Shown here piece after piece: positions 57,809 to 62,490 of a stretch of 62,490 nucleotides of DNA. The notes beneath the pieces were generated by a model that saw only the letters and a list, made by a program, of their open reading frames with translations, was not told the DNA's origin and did not search any database. The stretch lies in contig JAWODC010000054.1 in assembly GCA_046483495.1 (NCBI GenBank), positions 1 through 62,490 on the forward strand, written 5' to 3'. The stretch comes from Desulfobacterales bacterium (GTDB taxonomy: Bacteria > Desulfobacterota > Desulfobacteria > Desulfobacterales > UBA5616). The position numbers were made by a program, and so were the translations under genes. Every line of letters begins with the position of its first letter. The first letter of the stretch is position 1.

Positions 57809-58427
57809 TATCGGTCTCCCTTTTTTGGGTGTTGGGATCGTCATCATTTTTCAGCCATCCTTTTTCAGATGCCTCATTAATGCGGTGTTTTGCATACTCC
57901 CAGAGTGCATGCGAACCGTCGGCGATCGATTTGTTTCTTTTAAGCACCTGCCCCTTTGTTATTCCATTTTCTTTCCAGGCCCTGCCCATTGTACTAAAAT
58001 TGTGAATAAGGGGCATGAAGCGATCCAATGCATTCGCAAAAAGCGATTCAGGCGTTTTTGCTTCTTCGAATTCGTGCCGGAGCCGCATGAGCCTGTCCGC
58101 CTGTTCACCGGGAAGCAGATGGAATAGTCGATTCGCAGCCTTTTCTTCCCGCTGCTCCTTTCCTATCGTGCTGTTTTCATCGTAACAGTAGGTATCTCCG
58201 GCATCCACTTCGACAATATCATGAATGAGAAGCATCTCGATGACACGCAGCCGATCGATTTCGACATTCGAATATTCGGATAAAAACATCGCCATCACGG
58301 AAATATGCCATGAATGTTCGGCGGAATTTTCCATCCGGCTCTGCGACAGCAGATAAGACCGCCGGTATACATCTTTGAGCTTATCGATTTCTTTGGTAAA
58401 CGCTATTTGTCGATCGATTCGTTCCAT
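57795..58427 (-). CDS. HD domain hydrolase (YfbR-like)
   Basis: EIDKLK, ENSAEHSWH, IHDIVEVDAGD, ALDR. Confidence 0.92.
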   Translation of the reverse strand: MERIDRQIAFTKEIDKLKDVYRRSYLLSQSRMENSAEHSWHISVMAMFLSEYSNVEIDRLRVIEMLLIHDIVEVDAGDTYCYDENSTIGKEQREEKAANRLFHLLPGEQADRLMRLRHEFEEAKTPESLFANALDRFMPLIHNFSTMGRAWKENGITKGQVLKRNKSIADGSHALWEYAKHRINEASEKGWLKNDDDPNTQKRETDNDTA

Positions 58428-58684
58428 GATGTTTTGTTTCGAATACCCGGACAGTGCGGGGGATTTTCTTTGCCATGGATCAGAATAGCCAATGTGTTCG
58501 ATAATGTCAATCGGGGTCTTCCGATGTTTTCCGATGTCGAAAATAGATGAATGACATTTATGGTTTTATATGCTATAAAATTTCCTGATTTTCGCTCAAT
58601 TAAAAGCACCTGATTCAAGTCGATCCAGGCATTTTCAATCACGTCACCGTATACGCCTTATTTTAAGTCAAAGGAGCCAAAATT

Positions 58685-59767
58685 ATGGAAAATCAAGACC
58701 CAATTTATCGACAGCTTCAAGAGCATCTCGACAAAGAGACCGTGGGATTTCCAGCAACGGAATCGGGTTGCGAGATCACCATTTTAAAGCACTTGTTTAC
58801 CCCGGAGCAGGCCAAGGCCGCACTGTACCTTACATACAAGCTCGAACCGATCGAAACGATCGTTCAACGGGTGGAACCCGGCGGATACCCGGCTGAAACC
58901 TTGGAGCGCCACCTGGATGAACTCGCAAAATACGGCGTGATCACCCACAAGAAAAAGAACGGCGTCAAAACATACGGAACCCTGCATTATTTGATCGGTA
59001 TGGCTGAAGCAGGCATGTACAAGGGCGCCACCCCTGAATGGTCTGCTGCGGTTCAGGAATACATGGTAGACGGCCAATTTATAGACAGGTTTTTAAACTC
59101 CAAGGTGTCCCAGATGCGCACCATTCCCATCGAGCAGAGCATTACGCAGGAACTTCATGTCGGTTCATATGATGTATTGAAAGAACTGATTGAAAAATCA
59201 CCGGGGCCGTTTGCGGTATATCCCTGCATCTGCCGGGAAAACGCCGAGCGGGCCGGACGCCCGTGCAAGAAGACATCCCGAAGGGACACCTGCATGGCAT
59301 TCAACAATACGGCAAAAAATGCCATCGAACTCAGTGGGGTTCGAGAAATATCCCGGGAGGAGGCCCTGGATATACTAAGGAAAAACGCCGAAGACGGTTT
59401 AGTGCTGCAGCCGGCCAACACCCAGGAGATCGATTACATGTGCTCCTGCTGCGCGTGCTGCTGCGGACTGATTCAGATGCACAAAATGATACCTGACGGC
59501 GTCAATCATTGGACAACGAATTACCAGGCTTTTGTGGATGCGGATGCCTGCACCGCCTGTGGTGAATGCGCCGAGGCATGTCAACTGGATGCCGTCGCCG
59601 TGGATGAGGCGCAGGGTTTCGCCGTCGTCAATCTCCTGCGCTGTCTCGGGTGCGGGAATTGCGTTCCCAACTGTCCGACGGGAGCCATTGCATTGAAGAA
59701 AAGGGAAAACGAATTCGTACCCCCGCAAACGTCCGAAGAGCTCAACGAACGGATTATGTCGAAATAG
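58685..59767 (+). CDS. 4Fe-4S dicluster domain protein
   Basis: CICR...C, CSCCACCCG, CTACGECAEAC, CLGCGNCVPNCP. Confidence 0.9.
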   Translation: MENQDPIYRQLQEHLDKETVGFPATESGCEITILKHLFTPEQAKAALYLTYKLEPIETIVQRVEPGGYPAETLERHLDELAKYGVITHKKKNGVKTYGTLHYLIGMAEAGMYKGATPEWSAAVQEYMVDGQFIDRFLNSKVSQMRTIPIEQSITQELHVGSYDVLKELIEKSPGPFAVYPCICRENAERAGRPCKKTSRRDTCMAFNNTAKNAIELSGVREISREEALDILRKNAEDGLVLQPANTQEIDYMCSCCACCCGLIQMHKMIPDGVNHWTTNYQAFVDADACTACGECAEACQLDAVAVDEAQGFAVVNLLRCLGCGNCVPNCPTGAIALKKRENEFVPPQTSEELNERIMSK

Positions 59768-59787
59768 CTCGTCCCTCCTTTGCCTGG

Positions 59788-59925
59788 TTATTCATGATTG
59801 TAACACCGGTCGGCCGGGGGCACCCTGATCATCAGCAGACCCCCGATGCCGAGCAGGAGGACGATGGCGCTCATGCCGATGCGCTTACTGCCGGAAAGCC
59901 GGGTAATCCGGCCGACCAGCAGCGG
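59788..59925 (-). pseudogene. 3' remnant of an MFS transporter (UMF1-like)
   Basis: PLLVGRITRLSGSKRIGMSAIVLLLGIGGLLMIRV parallels the C-terminus of 54841-56115 (PFLVAMISRLTGESRYGILSILLLFFIGAFML). Confidence 0.7.
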
Positions 59926-60048
59926 TTTTCTGCGTCTCTGCTCAGAAACAATTTTTCTTGACGTTAATGATGATTGGCTGCGTGCCCTGAGTGAATCTCT
60001 ATTTGAGTCCAACGCCGATACCGCGAATTGCAAATGCTCTTATTCGCT

Positions 60049-60306
60049 TCAGCGGTACACATCTTTTCGGCGACCGACCTTAACGATCCATACTGAAATT
60101 TCGTTATCCTGTATTGAATAAATAATTCTATATCGCCCCTGTCGAAGGCGGTACCGTTCTTGTCCGGAAAGTTTTCGGCATCCCGGAGGCCTTGGATCTT
60201 TTGACAAGGATTCGATGACGTTCAGTATTTTTCTTAAATCTTTCTTGGGAATGGATTGAAAATCTTTCCATACGGATTTCTTGAAATATATTCTATATCC
60301 ATCCAT
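60049..60306 (-). CDS. relE: Type II toxin, RelE/ParE family
   Basis: PRPPGCRKLSG..RYRLRQGRYRIIY...VKVGRRKDVYR. Confidence 0.93.
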   Translation of the reverse strand: MDGYRIYFKKSVWKDFQSIPKKDLRKILNVIESLSKDPRPPGCRKLSGQERYRLRQGRYRIIYSIQDNEISVWIVKVGRRKDVYR

Positions 60307-60526
60307 CTTTTTTAAGCCTCTTGACCATTTCATCATAGCTGATAAGAGGTTCGTCAGCCCTTTCATCAAAAACAGCCAAGTCCTCGGCATCCTCGGCAAT
60401 CGATTCCCTTATGGCCTCATTTATAAGGTCGGACATAGAACGAGAGGTCTCGATTGATTTGAGTCTTAAGGCCTTATGTAATGTCGAATCAAGATATACT
60501 GTCGATCGTTTTGTCGAAGCGGACAT
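60293..60526 (-). CDS. Antitoxin, CopG/ribbon-helix-helix type
   Basis: RSTVYLD..LHKALR...SMSDLINEAI...EDAEDL; overlaps the toxin start. Confidence 0.9.
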   Translation of the reverse strand: MSASTKRSTVYLDSTLHKALRLKSIETSRSMSDLINEAIRESIAEDAEDLAVFDERADEPLISYDEMVKRLKKDGWI

Positions 60527-60556
60527 AAAAATCACCCCCAACTATTATTTGTAAAC

Positions 60557-60585
60557 ATCATAATGTCATGACATCATTATGTCAA
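60557..60585 (-). promoter_or_regulatory. sigma70 promoter with overlapping palindromic TA operator
   Basis: Minus strand TTGACA-N17-TATGAT; palindrome ATGTCATGACAT at 60563-60574 lies in the spacer. Confidence 0.8.
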
Positions 60586-60641
60586 GATTTGGAAGCGAAC
60601 GCATTGCTCTTTATTTTTCCTGCACCCCTGTGTTGAATCCC

Positions 60642-61019
60642 TTACTGCGGTTTGGAATCGGCGCTTAAGGGAATAAAGTCCAGTGCAACACACGGCTTGT
60701 CTCCAATTACCCAGGCGTCACTGCCCGGAACAATTTCAAATGCGCCCCCCGGCCCTATCTCGGCTTCGTTCCCGGCTGGATCTTTGACCATCATGCGGCC
60801 GGATAGAACATAGCCGATGTGGTTATCCGAATGCTTCCCCACCTGCGGGCCGGCATGCAAGGACCACCGCCACCCCGGTTTATACGTTCCATAACCAATA
60901 GCAACAGTTCGAAGGGAGGCAAATGAACGGGTACTGCCGTCGATAAACACCCTGGCATTACCGGCAGTACTCGGATATCCCTTACAAATGCCCTGCTGGG
61001 AGCTTTTATGTCCGGCCAT
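60642..61019 (-). CDS. Cupin domain protein
   Basis: PGWRWS.H...HIGYVLSGRM...PG.DAWV.G. Confidence 0.85.
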   Translation of the reverse strand: MAGHKSSQQGICKGYPSTAGNARVFIDGSTRSFASLRTVAIGYGTYKPGWRWSLHAGPQVGKHSDNHIGYVLSGRMMVKDPAGNEAEIGPGGAFEIVPGSDAWVIGDKPCVALDFIPLSADSKPQ

Positions 61020-61213
61020 ATATTGACTCCAATGATCAATCAGGTTATAATTTTATATTATTACACTTTCTTATGTGTGGTTCAAGAGAAGACTTTGTCG
61101 AACTCCGGCATGTCCATCCCAGGCGGGATTGAAGCACGGGAAAAAATATTTCTGCAGCCCGACCGGCAGCTTTTATTGACCCGAAAAGATTTAGCTTGTA
61201 AAAAGGAACAGAG

Positions 61214-62314
61214 ATGAAAACCAAAAGAATCGCAATCTCCACAGGTGGAGGAGACGCTCCGGGGCTCAATGCCGTTATTCGTTCGATCGTTCTTTCGGCG
61301 CTTCATCGGGGATGGACATGTTTGGGTATCCGTGACGGATACAATGGACTGATCACGCCGGATCGATACAAAAAAGGCGGTGTCGTCACTTTGGACAGGG
61401 ATTCCGTCAGAGGGATAACGCATGTCGGGGGAACGATTCTGGGCACCACCAACAGGGGCAACCCGCTGCGATACCCCGTAAAGGAGGCTGACGGAAGGAT
61501 TACCGAGACCGACATTACCGGTGATCTGGTGCAAACATTTCGAGATAAAGATATCGATGCTCTTATTTCCATAGGGGGGGACGGCTCCCTGGAAATCGCC
61601 CATTCGCTGCACAAAAAAGGACTGGAAGTCGTCTGTGTTCCCAAAACAATTGACAACGACCTCGACAAAACGGTCGTAACATTCGGTTTCGACACGGCTG
61701 TTCATTTTGCCACGGAATGCCTTGACCGGCTGCATTCAACGGCCGAATCACACCAGAGAGTAATGGTGGTTGAAGTCATGGGCCGTTATGCCGGATGGAT
61801 AGCCCTGAATGCCGGCCTGGCATCGACCGCAGATGCCATATTGATTCCTGAAATCCCATACGACATCAACAAAGTGGCCGAAAAAGTGAAGGATCGTGAT
61901 CGCAGCGGCCGATATTTTTCCATCATCGTAACCGCCGAAGGAGCCAGGCCGGTCGGCGGCACGTATACCCTGGTGTCGCAAAAAGGAACCGGGCGAAGTG
62001 AACGCCTCGGAGGCGTCGGTCAGAAGATTGCAGAGGAGCTGGCGAAAATTACCGGTAAAGAAACCCGGCACGTCTCTCTGGGCCATTTGCTGCGGGGCGG
62101 TACGCCGACTTCTTCAGACCGGTTGCTGGCCCTGCGTTTCGGTGCAGCCAGTGTCAGGGCTCTGGAAGAAAGTAGGTCCGGCATCATGGTGACCATAGAT
62201 CCCCCGGCCGTCAATTATGTGCCGCTTGAAAACATCAGCCGACGGAAGACGGTCCCTTTAGATTGCGATACGATTCTCACGGCTCGGGACCTCGGCATCA
62301 GTTTCGGTGACTAG
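61214..62314 (+). CDS. pfkA: 6-phosphofructokinase, probably ATP-dependent
   Basis: GGGDAPGLN, GGTILGT, IGGDGS, PKTIDND, EVMGR.AG. Confidence 0.95.
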   Translation: MKTKRIAISTGGGDAPGLNAVIRSIVLSALHRGWTCLGIRDGYNGLITPDRYKKGGVVTLDRDSVRGITHVGGTILGTTNRGNPLRYPVKEADGRITETDITGDLVQTFRDKDIDALISIGGDGSLEIAHSLHKKGLEVVCVPKTIDNDLDKTVVTFGFDTAVHFATECLDRLHSTAESHQRVMVVEVMGRYAGWIALNAGLASTADAILIPEIPYDINKVAEKVKDRDRSGRYFSIIVTAEGARPVGGTYTLVSQKGTGRSERLGGVGQKIAEELAKITGKETRHVSLGHLLRGGTPTSSDRLLALRFGAASVRALEESRSGIMVTIDPPAVNYVPLENISRRKTVPLDCDTILTARDLGISFGD

Positions 62315-62490
62315 CGCCCGGCCATTGAATTGCCGATTGAGAGCCAACTACCGGATATCTTCCCCGACCTTTTTCGCAGAGGCGAAAAAGGTCGGGGAAG
62401 ATATCCGGTAGTTGGCTCTCAATCGGCAATTCAATGGCCGGGCGCTAGTCACCGAAACTGATGCCGAGGTCCCGAGCCGTGAGAATCGTA
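62269..62490. repeat. Perfect fold-back inverted repeat at the window end
   Basis: 62269-62377 is the exact reverse complement of 62382-62490 (109-bp arms, loop AGAG) and includes the 3' end of pfkA. Confidence 0.97.

Noticed and set aside
1..62490. tRNA, rRNA, CRISPR array or intact IS element
   Set aside because: None recognised by eye; a covariance-model scan would be needed to exclude small RNAs.

Overview
Gene-dense bacterial DNA whose gene content suggests an anaerobic deltaproteobacterium (Desulfobacterales/Syntrophales-like, possibly hydrocarbon-degrading; inference). From left to right: an unannotated 3' remnant of a glycyl-radical enzyme (AssA/MasD-like); an AT-rich polymorphic toxin locus (SpvB/FG-GAP/RHS toxin with an Ntox10-like tip, Imm27-like immunity gene, small YD-repeat partner); general-stress-type genes; a BbsEF-like class III CoA-transferase pair; a sigma54-preceded NuoE / NuoF-GltD / MetV-like / MetV-like-NuoG operon with no recognisable catalytic subunit; a long same-strand copper-resistance run headed by an MtrAB-like porin-cytochrome pair, with a divergent ferredoxin / membrane protein / heptaheme cytochrome operon; a DUF35 + SCP-x-type thiolase with an in-frame TGA followed by a SECIS-like hairpin (candidate selenoprotein); a RelE-type toxin-antitoxin pair; and pfkA. 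The window also has about seven gene remnants or deletion scars, four copies of a structured palindromic intergenic element, and a perfect fold-back at the right end that is probably an artefact. All family assignments come from motif recognition by eye; no database searches were run.
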